A DNA stretch of 40,111 nt. Source: a bacterium (GTDB lineage Bacteria > Patescibacteriota > Microgenomatia > Levybacterales > UBA12049). Shown here in pieces: positions 1-6,959 of this stretch. Each line of letters begins with the position of its first letter. Position 1 is the first letter of the stretch. The position numbers and the translations under genes were made by a program. Below the pieces are notes generated by a model. The model ran no database searches. It saw only the letters and a program-made list of their open reading frames with translations, and was not told the origin of the DNA. The stretch spans positions 1-40,111 of the forward strand of contig JAKALN010000003.1 in NCBI GenBank assembly GCA_021824155.1, given 5' to 3'.

Positions 1-2071
1 TTTCCGGCCAACCGAAATTCGGATCAAGTAAAAAAAGGCTGTTTGCATCGCTTAATATCTGATAGAAATCTTCCGTAGCAAGATCATCATCATCCAATCC
101 TAATCCTAAAAGTCTCCTATAATCTTCACTAATTTCGGCAAGTTCCTGTGTTCCTGTTTTTACTTCCGCTGAAGATAGAGCTTCATTACCTGAATTATTG
201 GCAGTTGTCTGCAAAGAAACCAAACCGTTAATCTTTTCCGAAACCAGTCTTCGCTGTCTATCAATTTCATCCAACTGCGGCTTATATCTTTCGAAAATTA
301 TTGTCCTAGCATCATCGTACCTCGAATTATATGTTTTTTCGCTTTCCCCGGCTCCTCTGGGCGGAATACCGTTTATATCCGCTTGTCTCAACGTCTTAAT
401 TCTCTCAGACTCTCCCGGAAGATCGTGAATTGTAATTGGAATCCCGTTTTCATCGGGAATAGTTATATCAGGTGCGCCTACAACACTTATTGATGCCCTT
501 AAGGCATTCAGCGCGTCTTCGTAGCCCAAAGTATTACCTCCTTGGATTATTTTTGACAATGCTTCCCGGATAGATTCGCGGCTGCCTTGCACCGTAAGAA
601 CCTTTTCCCTATAACTAACTATTTTTGGCTCCGCTTCTCCAACCGCAGTCTTATCTTGCTGCAGTCTTTGATGTTCTTCCGTTGCTTCTTTTTTCCTGCT
701 TTGAAGAGCTGTTCCTCCTTCTTGTCTTGCGTCAATCGCTTTCGTTAAAAGTTGCCCGACATCTTCCCTTGGCCTGTTTTCCCGCATAACCTGGGCGAAT
801 CTGTCCATTAAGGCGCCTTCCTGCGCTCTTCTGTATATATCCCTGGCTGCATCAATTGCAATTCCGGGAGCGCGTCCTCCCAATTCTTCGAAACGGCGTT
901 GAACATCTGCTGTCATTTTGTTGTCAATCTCTTCAGGCCTTTGCCCCAAAGAGTTAAGGAATTGGTCGGATAATGCATCCAGTCTTTGCGGCGGTACTCC
1001 AAGATCTGTCATATACATTGCCCTTAGATAAATTAAGCGGACTGCTTCCGCCTCTACTTTTTCCCCTCCTCTTACGGAAAGTTCCGGATGAGCAGGATCT
1101 ACTCCTATAAGATATTTTGAACGAAGCTGTTCTCCCGGTCTTTGAGCTTGAGCCAATACATCCTGGTCATCTGTTAGTACCAATCTTGGCCCTTCGCGTG
1201 TTAGCCTTCCGACCCCTGTAGCAATTGCGCTAAATGCCGAAGAACCGGCTACGGCGCCTTCGACTAAACCTACAGGACCACCAACAAAAGTTCCGCCTAT
1301 TGCTCCCAATAATCCTCCCGCAGCGCTCCAGGGACCAAGCCCTCTTGTTATTGCGGATATGTTACTCCTGTCTCCTGCTCTTCCGCCCTGTTCTTCCGGC
1401 CTTCTCGCCCACTCATCTAACCTGTTATAGCTTTCCCTTAACCTTCCCTGGTCTATCGGAAGATCCACTGTTCTTCTTAATCTATCCGTGTTTGTTCTTG
1501 TACCGGGCCTTGCCATCTCTGCCCTAACGCCCAAAGCCGCTAAACTGTCCCTGGCATATCTCTCGGCAACGGCCATAAGGTTTTGCATCATAAGTGGATG
1601 TTCTAAAATCATGGCATTAACCTCATCGGCGCTTTTTATCACTCTCTGTCCGTTTTCGATTTTAGAGAAAGCTGCAAGCATTGCCTCGTCCTCCTGATAA
1701 TTTAAATCTATGCCAGCCTGCTGGTTTTTCATGGCTTCGTAAACCGTGGTTGTTGTACCGCCTACTGTAATCGGTGTTTTCTGTAAATCAATAAGCTTAT
1801 CTACGTAAGTCACCGCAAAATCCCTAAGCCCGGAAACAACCTCCGAGCTAAACTCTACTTTTGCTTCCGGCCTCACTCCCCCTGCAAGAGCTCTCTCTCC
1901 GGGACCGGTTGCGGGCAAACCTATAATACTACCATCAAACGCACTTCTGTCAAATTTTACCCGGGGGCCCGTGGGTTCTGCTATTTTTTGCCTTTTTGCC
2001 GGCGTAAACGGATGAGGAGTTTTTTCGCTGATAACATTAACTGCGGCTGTTGCCGCGCTTATCTCGGCCAT
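1..2071 (-). CDS. Large orphan protein, C-terminally truncated by the window edge (at least 690 aa); charged/helical with an internal Gly/Ala-rich hydrophobic segment
   Basis: Absent from the ORF track because no stop lies in the window. Manual reverse-complement translation from ATG at 2071..2069 (MAEISAATAAVNVISEKTPHPFTPAKRQKI...) stays open to position 2 (...ILSDANSLFLLDPNFGWPE). Only short plus-strand ORFs compete. Contains GLGPWSAAGGLLGAIGGTFVGGPVGLVEGAVAGSSAFSAIATGVG. No family motif recognised. Confidence 0.75.
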   Translation of the reverse strand, partial: MAEISAATAAVNVISEKTPHPFTPAKRQKIAEPTGPRVKFDRSAFDGSIIGLPATGPGERALAGGVRPEAKVEFSSEVVSGLRDFAVTYVDKLIDLQKTPITVGGTTTTVYEAMKNQQAGIDLNYQEDEAMLAAFSKIENGQRVIKSADEVNAMILEHPLMMQNLMAVAERYARDSLAALGVRAEMARPGTRTNTDRLRRTVDLPIDQGRLRESYNRLDEWARRPEEQGGRAGDRSNISAITRGLGPWSAAGGLLGAIGGTFVGGPVGLVEGAVAGSSAFSAIATGVGRLTREGPRLVLTDDQDVLAQAQRPGEQLRSKYLIGVDPAHPELSVRGGEKVEAEAVRLIYLRAMYMTDLGVPPQRLDALSDQFLNSLGQRPEEIDNKMTADVQRRFEELGGRAPGIAIDAARDIYRRAQEGALMDRFAQVMRENRPREDVGQLLTKAIDARQEGGTALQSRKKEATEEHQRLQQDKTAVGEAEPKIVSYREKVLTVQGSRESIREALSKIIQGGNTLGYEDALNALRASISVVGAPDITIPDENGIPITIHDLPGESERIKTLRQADINGIPPRGAGESEKTYNSRYDDARTIIFERYKPQLDEIDRQRRLVSEKINGLVSLQTTANNSGNEALSSAEVKTGTQELAEISEDYRRLLGLGLDDDDLATEDFYQILSDANSLFLLDPNFGWPE

Positions 2072-2077
2072 ACCCTA

Positions 2078-2116
2078 TTATTAGTTGATTTGACAAAATA
2101 TTTCAACTATTATAAT
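2078..2116. promoter_or_regulatory. Overlapping divergent promoter pair in a 51-bp intergenic region
   Basis: Plus strand: TATAAT at 2111..2116, 6 nt before ATG 2123, with TTGACA at 2090..2095 (short 15-nt spacer). Minus strand: TTGAAA (2106..2101), 17 nt, TAATAA (2083..2078), 6 nt before ATG 2071. Motif-based only. Confidence 0.45.
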
Positions 2117-2122
2117 CATAAT

Positions 2123-3499
2123 ATGAGTGAAGCAGCCGAAGCAGGCGCCCCACCGCCTCCAGCTCCCGAAAAAACTGTTGCACCCGAGCAAAGGGAAAAT
2201 ATCAGGAAAAAAGCACAGGAAGCAGCAAAAGTTGTCGGAAAACGGTTAATCCACAGAAAAGCCAGAGAAATTGCGGAAAAAGACGACAGCGAATTAGAAG
2301 GGGACGGACACGGACATGAAAGGGCCATAAAAGTTTTTGTAAAAAATAAATCTGCTACCGAAACGGCGGGCAAAAACATGAAGCCCCAGGCGCTTGATAT
2401 TCCTCTTACAGACGGAAAACCAATAACTGTCCATGCAGAAATTAACGGAATAAAAAAAGACGTCCAAATAGCAAGAATTGTAGGAACAGTAAACCGAAAC
2501 GGAGTTGCAATGGCACAGTACGAATATGCCGAAGGGGCGGGAATAATATCTAATCCTACCGCTCCTTTTGAAATACCTTGGGAAGAAGTGATAAACGGTC
2601 AAATATTATCAGAGCAAGAAGCGTTTGCTCAAAGTCTGCAGGGAGACGAAAGAATAATGTTTGAGTACTACGCTGCAAATCTTGCGGGAGGAGAAAGAGC
2701 GCAAGATTTAGATGAACAGCTCTTTGGCGATGACAAGCTTGACGCTACAAGAGAAACTATACAAAAAGCGGCAAGAAAAACAGGGATTCTAACAAAAGAT
2801 GACGTGGAAGCTTTTATTGATTCCCGTATGCCAAAAGTTGAGGCAGGACAAACGCCTACGGTAGAACAGCAAGCCCAAATGACGCAGCTGGAACAAGTAA
2901 GAACGCTTTTAGGGGACGAAACCGTTGTCAGCGGAGAAACTCTTTCTAAAATAATAACAAATAATACAAATATAGACGCCGCCACAGTTAAGGAAGGGCT
3001 TTCTGCAGTAGAAAAAGAGGCAGGAGAAACATTCCGGCAGCTTGAGGCAATCAAATCAAAATTATCTAAAACTCTTTCCTCTTCCGAAGCTTCTGACCTT
3101 GAACAAAGACAAAATCAGCTTCAGGGAAAATATGATTCGCTTATGGCGCAAAGAGCTAGCTTACAGAACCTACATGAGCTCTCGGGTCTTTCCGAAACCG
3201 GGGGCATCCAAAATGTCGCAGAAGAATATTGGAGAAAACTTGAAGAAGGAGATATTTCAGAAGATTCTGCAAGAGGACTGGCAGAGGCTTTCCGTTCTGG
3301 TAATATGGACGGAATTTTAGACCAGCTGTTAGCCGATCCGCAAAAAGGAGCAAACGAAAGCCAGGAAGAATTTGAAAATCGTCAAAAAAAGATTATGGAA
3401 CTAAGAGAAATAAGAGACAAGGCAAAAAGCTTCGGTGTATTAACCATATTGGCTCTTCTTCTTGTAAGCTCAAGCGCAATAAAGGAATTTAAGATATAA
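2123..3499 (+). CDS. Orphan coiled-coil protein with C-terminal tail anchor (458 aa)
   Basis: ORF-track frame 1988..3499. The upstream TTG start would overlap the divergent gene, so ATG 2123 (MSEAAEAGAPPPP...) behind a TATAAT box is preferred. Highly charged E/K/Q-rich sequence. Single hydrophobic helix FGVLTILALLLVSSSAI ends 7 aa before the C-terminus. Confidence 0.8.
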   Translation: MSEAAEAGAPPPPAPEKTVAPEQRENIRKKAQEAAKVVGKRLIHRKAREIAEKDDSELEGDGHGHERAIKVFVKNKSATETAGKNMKPQALDIPLTDGKPITVHAEINGIKKDVQIARIVGTVNRNGVAMAQYEYAEGAGIISNPTAPFEIPWEEVINGQILSEQEAFAQSLQGDERIMFEYYAANLAGGERAQDLDEQLFGDDKLDATRETIQKAARKTGILTKDDVEAFIDSRMPKVEAGQTPTVEQQAQMTQLEQVRTLLGDETVVSGETLSKIITNNTNIDAATVKEGLSAVEKEAGETFRQLEAIKSKLSKTLSSSEASDLEQRQNQLQGKYDSLMAQRASLQNLHELSGLSETGGIQNVAEEYWRKLEEGDISEDSARGLAEAFRSGNMDGILDQLLADPQKGANESQEEFENRQKKIMELREIRDKAKSFGVLTILALLLVSSSAIKEFKI

Positions 3500-3503
3500 A
3501 AGC

Positions 3504-3529
3504 GGCATAAACCGCGTAGGGTTTATGCC
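3504..3529. repeat. Hairpin element H1a (10-bp stem, 6-nt loop); probable terminator of the minus-strand tRNA-Ser(UGA) and of the plus-strand gene ending at 3499
   Basis: GGCATAAACC-gcgtag-GGTTTATGCC. On the minus strand it is followed by GCTTTTAT. The 30-nt block 3501..3530 repeats at 4324..4353 with 1 mismatch. Confidence 0.7.
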
Positions 3530-3530
3530 A

Positions 3531-3642
<112 letters not shown>

Positions 3643-3686
3643 GAACATATTAAGGAGATTATTCCCAGGCTTGGGGCGACCTCTCC
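3643..3686 (-). repeat. 44-nt conserved 5' leader of tRNA-Ser(UGA), copy A
   Basis: gaacatattaaggagattattcccaggcttggggcgacctctcc. Matches 4995..5038 with 2 mismatches. In tRNA sense it begins with GGAGAGGTCGC, identical to the first 11 nt of the mature tRNA. Confidence 0.8.
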
Positions 3687-3776
3687 GAGCTAACTTCTGA
3701 CTTATAGATTATAGCTAATAGCCAATTGCATGTCCATTACCTTGACTATAAAACTCCAATACTATAAAGTAAAAAT

Positions 3777-4325
3777 ATGGCTGCCCATAAAGAACAAGAA
3801 AAACATAAGGAAGCTCCAAAAGAAAATTTTTCATACACCGAAGTAAAAACCCTTCTTGCCTGGACAGCCCCGGGGCGGCCTTTTAGAAAAAGGACTAAAC
3901 AGTATTATCTGACAAGTCTTTTAATAATGCTTTTTGTTGAGATAATTCTTTTCCTTTTTTCCCAATATATGCTGATGTTTGTAATATTATCTTTGGTTTT
4001 CGTGGCATTTGCCCTTGCGACTGTTCCCCCAAGGGACTTCCATTACAGAATAAGTACCGAAGGAATTATGGTTGAGGACCATTTTTTCCTTTGGCAGGAA
4101 CTTTATGATTTTTATTTTATAAAAAGAGAAGGAGCACAAGCCCTTCATATTAGAACTCATGCATTTATTCCAGGGGAACTCACGATTACACTTGGAGGAA
4201 TAAATGAAGAACACGTTAAGTCGGTTCTTTTACCTTTTCTTCCATACAGAGAATATATAAAACCCACTTTTATGGAAAAATCCGCAGATTGGCTTTCTAA
4301 AAACTTTCCTCTTGAAAACGTCTAG
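3777..4325 (+). CDS. Hypothetical membrane protein (TM hairpin followed by a small soluble domain)
   Basis: 182-aa ORF. Two adjacent hydrophobic helices (LTSLLIMLFVEIILFLF / MLMFVILSLVFVAFALA). TTGACT at 3742..3747, 17 nt, TAAAGT, 6 nt, ATG. The architecture resembles bacterial PH-like membrane proteins, but that is a guess. Confidence 0.7.
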   Translation: MAAHKEQEKHKEAPKENFSYTEVKTLLAWTAPGRPFRKRTKQYYLTSLLIMLFVEIILFLFSQYMLMFVILSLVFVAFALATVPPRDFHYRISTEGIMVEDHFFLWQELYDFYFIKREGAQALHIRTHAFIPGELTITLGGINEEHVKSVLLPFLPYREYIKPTFMEKSADWLSKNFPLENV

Positions 4326-4326
4326 C

Positions 4327-4352
4327 GGCATAAACCACGTAGGGTTTATGCC
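4327..4352. repeat. Hairpin element H2 (10-bp stem, 6-nt loop); probable terminator of the minus-strand tRNA/NUDIX array and of the gene ending at 4325
   Basis: GGCATAAACC-acgtag-GGTTTATGCC, starting 2 nt after stop codon 4323..4325 and 26 nt downstream (minus sense) of tRNA-Ser(GGA). Confidence 0.7.
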
Positions 4353-4378
4353 AGTCCTGAACTCATCGTAGTTTAGGG

Positions 4379-4465
4379 CGGAGGGGGCGGGATTTGAACC
4401 CGCGATACCCTTGCGGATATACCTGCTCTCCAAGCAAGCGCACTAGGCCACTATGCGACCCCTCC
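4379..4465 (-). tRNA. tRNA-Ser (anticodon GGA)
   Basis: Minus-strand read: GGAGGGG TC GCATAGTGGCCTAGTGC G CTTGC TTGGAGA GCAGG, then a long variable arm, T-arm GCGGGTTCAAATCCCGC, CCCCTCC G. No encoded CCA. Confidence 0.88.
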
Positions 4466-4472
4466 TAGATAC

Positions 4473-4904
4473 CTATATAACAATAGCTGTCATCAATTCT
4501 TGTACTTCTTTCCAAACATCTTTGTCCGATTTATACGTTAATCTTTCTTCTACTTTTTCAGGCCTTAGCCATTCAACATTTTCCATTTCAAAATCATGAT
4601 TATTTATATCTCCGGATAGATATTCCATTAAATAATAATAAACCTTCTTTTTTATTTTCTCCCCTTCGAATACGTACCAGTATCCAACTGGTTTTAACTG
4701 TTTTATTATTCTACCACGAACTCCGGTTTCTTCTTCAACCTCCCTTAAAGCGGTTTCTTCTTTTCCTTCGTTTTCTATATGGTCCCCTATTAAACCTTTG
4801 GGAAATACCCAGCCGTGATGCTGGGAATGTTGACATAATAATATTTCAATGCCGTTTTTGGTTTTTTGAAAGACAACTCCACCTGCTGAAAATTCAAATT
4901 TCAT
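4473..4904 (-). CDS. NUDIX hydrolase
   Basis: 143-aa ORF with a Nudix box, GLIGDHIENEGKEETALREVEEETGV (G-x5-E-x7-REVxEExG pattern). Flanked by tRNA genes at 7 nt (3' side) and 3 nt (5' side). Confidence 0.9.
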   Translation of the reverse strand: MKFEFSAGGVVFQKTKNGIEILLCQHSQHHGWVFPKGLIGDHIENEGKEETALREVEEETGVRGRIIKQLKPVGYWYVFEGEKIKKKVYYYLMEYLSGDINNHDFEMENVEWLRPEKVEERLTYKSDKDVWKEVQELMTAIVI

Positions 4905-4907
4905 AAG

Positions 4908-4994
4908 CGGAGAGGGTGAGATTCGAACTCACGGTTACCTTACGGCAACAGCGGTTTTCGAAACCGCCGCACTAGTCCGCTATGCGACCTCTCC
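4908..4994 (-). tRNA. tRNA-Ser (anticodon CGA)
   Basis: Minus-strand read: GGAGAGG TC GCATAGCGGACTAGTGC G GCGGT TTCGAAA ACCGC, then a long variable arm, T-arm GTGAGTTCGAATCTCAC, CCTCTCC G. Acceptor and D arm are identical to tRNA-Ser(UGA). No encoded CCA. Confidence 0.88.
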
Positions 4995-5038
4995 GAACGT
5001 ATTAAGGAGATTAGTCCCAGGCTTGGGGCGACCTCTCC
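4995..5038 (-). repeat. 44-nt conserved 5' leader of tRNA-Ser(CGA), copy B
   Basis: gaacgtattaaggagattagtcccaggcttggggcgacctctcc. 42/44 identical to 3643..3686. Confidence 0.8.
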
Positions 5039-5050
5039 AAACTTTAATTG

Positions 5051-5123
5051 CGTGCCCGAGAGGAATCGAACCTCCAACCGCCTGGACCGCAACCAGGTGT
5101 TCTGTCCGTTGAACTACGGGCAC
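5051..5123 (-). tRNA. tRNA-Arg (anticodon GCG)
   Basis: Minus-strand read: GTGCCCG TA GTTC AACGGACA GAAC A CCTGG TTGCGGT CCAGG CGGTT GGAGG TTCGATT CCTCT CGGGCAC G. Full 73-nt cloverleaf. U33 and G37 flank the anticodon GCG. Confidence 0.85.
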
Positions 5124-5249
5124 AAGCAACTTGTATTTTACTTTATTTATGGCTTTTTAACAAACTTGATCCCATTAAATTCTTCGCTTGGCTTAATTGG
5201 ATTTAGCGGGGTTGACATCCATAAAAAAATAGGACAAACTAAGCTTAGG

Positions 5250-6959
5250 ATGAAAATCGCTGTCCGTTTTCTTTTGATTGGATTACTAGCCTTTTTTAGC
5301 ATATTTTTCTTAGCTAAAACCTCCTTTGCCCAAACACAAAGCAATTACCCACCCGTAAACTCTTCTTATGCAGCTCCCAACACCAACCCTGATGTTCCCA
5401 ATAATCTTCACACATGGACACAAAATGTAATGATTGAAGTAATGTCTGCAATGAGCTGTCAGCTGGCAGGAATTGACCCGACTAATCCTTCTGCAAAATG
5501 CCTTGGCGTTGATAATAAAACAGGAAAAATAGGCTACGTACAAAACGGCGGAGGAGCCATAGGAATAATGGGAAATCTCATTGCCTTAACGCTTACGCCT
5601 CCTATTCATACAAGCGATTATATAGCTTATGTTTCAAGAAACTTTGGGATCGCCAAGCCTACATACGCTGCAAACCAAAGCGGATTTAATTCCCTCTCTC
5701 CAATTATGGGAACCTGGGTTGTATTTAGGAATATTGTCTATTTGTTGTTTGTGCTAATTTTCCTTGTAATAGGAATCGCAATCATGCTTAGGGTAAAAAT
5801 AGACCCCAGAACCGTTATGACAATTCAAAATCAAATTCCAAAAATAATAATTGGTCTTATTCTGGTTACTTTTTCTTTTGCTATTGCCGGTCTTTTGATT
5901 GATGTTATGTGGATTGTAATCTATCTTTTTATAAACGTACTATCTGCCGCAGACCCCAGTCTTGCAGCGGGAGGAGCAGGTAAAATTACCCAGGATCTTA
6001 ACAATACAACACTAAATTTTGCAAATAACCCGAATTTGTTCAGTGGAGGACTTTTGGGAGTTGCCGGCGGAGCAGCCGGCTCAATTGCAAGTATTATAGG
6101 CAGCATGTTTTCGGGAAGCGGCGCGGCAACACAAACTGCCGGCAATCCAATTATTGATTTAATTACTAACCCAATCGGAACAGCCTTGGGCGCAATAATT
6201 GGAGGACTTCTTACTATAGTAGGCGGAATTGCGGCTTTTTTCATAATTATGATTGCCCTTTTATGGGCGATGTTTAAGCTCTGGTTTTCTCTTTTAAATG
6301 CCTACATATTTATTCTTGTTGATGTTGTTTTTGCGCCTTTTTGGATAGTTTCCGGACTTTTGCCCGGAGGCCAATCAATGGGATTCAACGCCTGGTTAAG
6401 GGATATGCTTGGAAATCTATCTGCATTTCCTACTACAATCGCGATGTTTTTACTCGGAAAAATACTTATAGATTCTTTCGGAAATAATGGCAGCGCTCAG
6501 GGATTTTTACCTCCTCTTATAGGAAATCCTGCAGCGAGCGGAACAAATGTTTTCGGTTCGCTTATCGCCCTGGGAATAATATTTACCACTCCTCACGTTG
6601 TAAAAATTACCAAAGCCGCGTTTAAAGCTCCTAAGATTGACCTTGGGCCTATTGAAGAATCCGTAGGCGCCGGACAGGCAGTTGTCGGAGGATTTGTAGG
6701 CGGAGCAAGTAAGAGTGTTTTTAGAAGAGACCAATATGGCAGAGCAGAGGGACCTGGAGCACAATGGCTTGATACTAAAGTAAAAGTTAAAGCAGTAAGA
6801 ACACTTCTTGGTTGGAGAGATAAAAATTATAATCCATTTACTATCCAAGAAGATTTAACGGGCCCGGGAAAAAATCCAACCCCCACCCCGGTTACCAAAA
6901 AAGAAGTAAAAACTCCGCCGGCCCAACCGCCGGCCCCTGAAGGAAATAATAACGCTTAA
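5250..6959 (+). CDS. VirB6/TrbL-like polytopic T4SS membrane protein with signal peptide and Pro-rich C-terminal tail
   Basis: ORF-track frame 5052..6959, but its first 66 codons overlap tRNA-Arg. In-frame ATG 5250 gives MKIAVRFLLIGLLAFFSIFFLAKTSFAQ, a signal-peptide-like N-terminus. At least 6 long hydrophobic helices are separated by Gly-rich loops. C-terminus is GPGKNPTPTPVTKKEVKTPPAQPPAPEG. Family assignment rests on architecture and context, not on a search. Confidence 0.6.
   Translation: MKIAVRFLLIGLLAFFSIFFLAKTSFAQTQSNYPPVNSSYAAPNTNPDVPNNLHTWTQNVMIEVMSAMSCQLAGIDPTNPSAKCLGVDNKTGKIGYVQNGGGAIGIMGNLIALTLTPPIHTSDYIAYVSRNFGIAKPTYAANQSGFNSLSPIMGTWVVFRNIVYLLFVLIFLVIGIAIMLRVKIDPRTVMTIQNQIPKIIIGLILVTFSFAIAGLLIDVMWIVIYLFINVLSAADPSLAAGGAGKITQDLNNTTLNFANNPNLFSGGLLGVAGGAAGSIASIIGSMFSGSGAATQTAGNPIIDLITNPIGTALGAIIGGLLTIVGGIAAFFIIMIALLWAMFKLWFSLLNAYIFILVDVVFAPFWIVSGLLPGGQSMGFNAWLRDMLGNLSAFPTTIAMFLLGKILIDSFGNNGSAQGFLPPLIGNPAASGTNVFGSLIALGIIFTTPHVVKITKAAFKAPKIDLGPIEESVGAGQAVVGGFVGGASKSVFRRDQYGRAEGPGAQWLDTKVKVKAVRTLLGWRDKNYNPFTIQEDLTGPGKNPTPTPVTKKEVKTPPAQPPAPEGNNNA

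Noticed and set aside
1988-2122. TTG-initiated N-terminal extension of ORF 1988..3499
   Set aside because: It would overlap the divergent gene by 84 nt and run through both promoter-like elements. ATG 2123 sits 6 nt after a consensus TATAAT.
4230-4433. 67-aa minus-strand ORF
   Set aside because: It overlaps tRNA-Ser(GGA), hairpin H2 and the 3' end of the plus-strand gene 3777..4325. Its sequence is tRNA-derived and not protein-like.
5052-5249. N-terminal 66 codons of the 635-aa ORF-track entry 5052..6959
   Set aside because: They lie antisense over tRNA-Arg(GCG) and its flank. The in-frame ATG at 5250 yields a textbook signal peptide, so the long form is an ORF-calling artefact.
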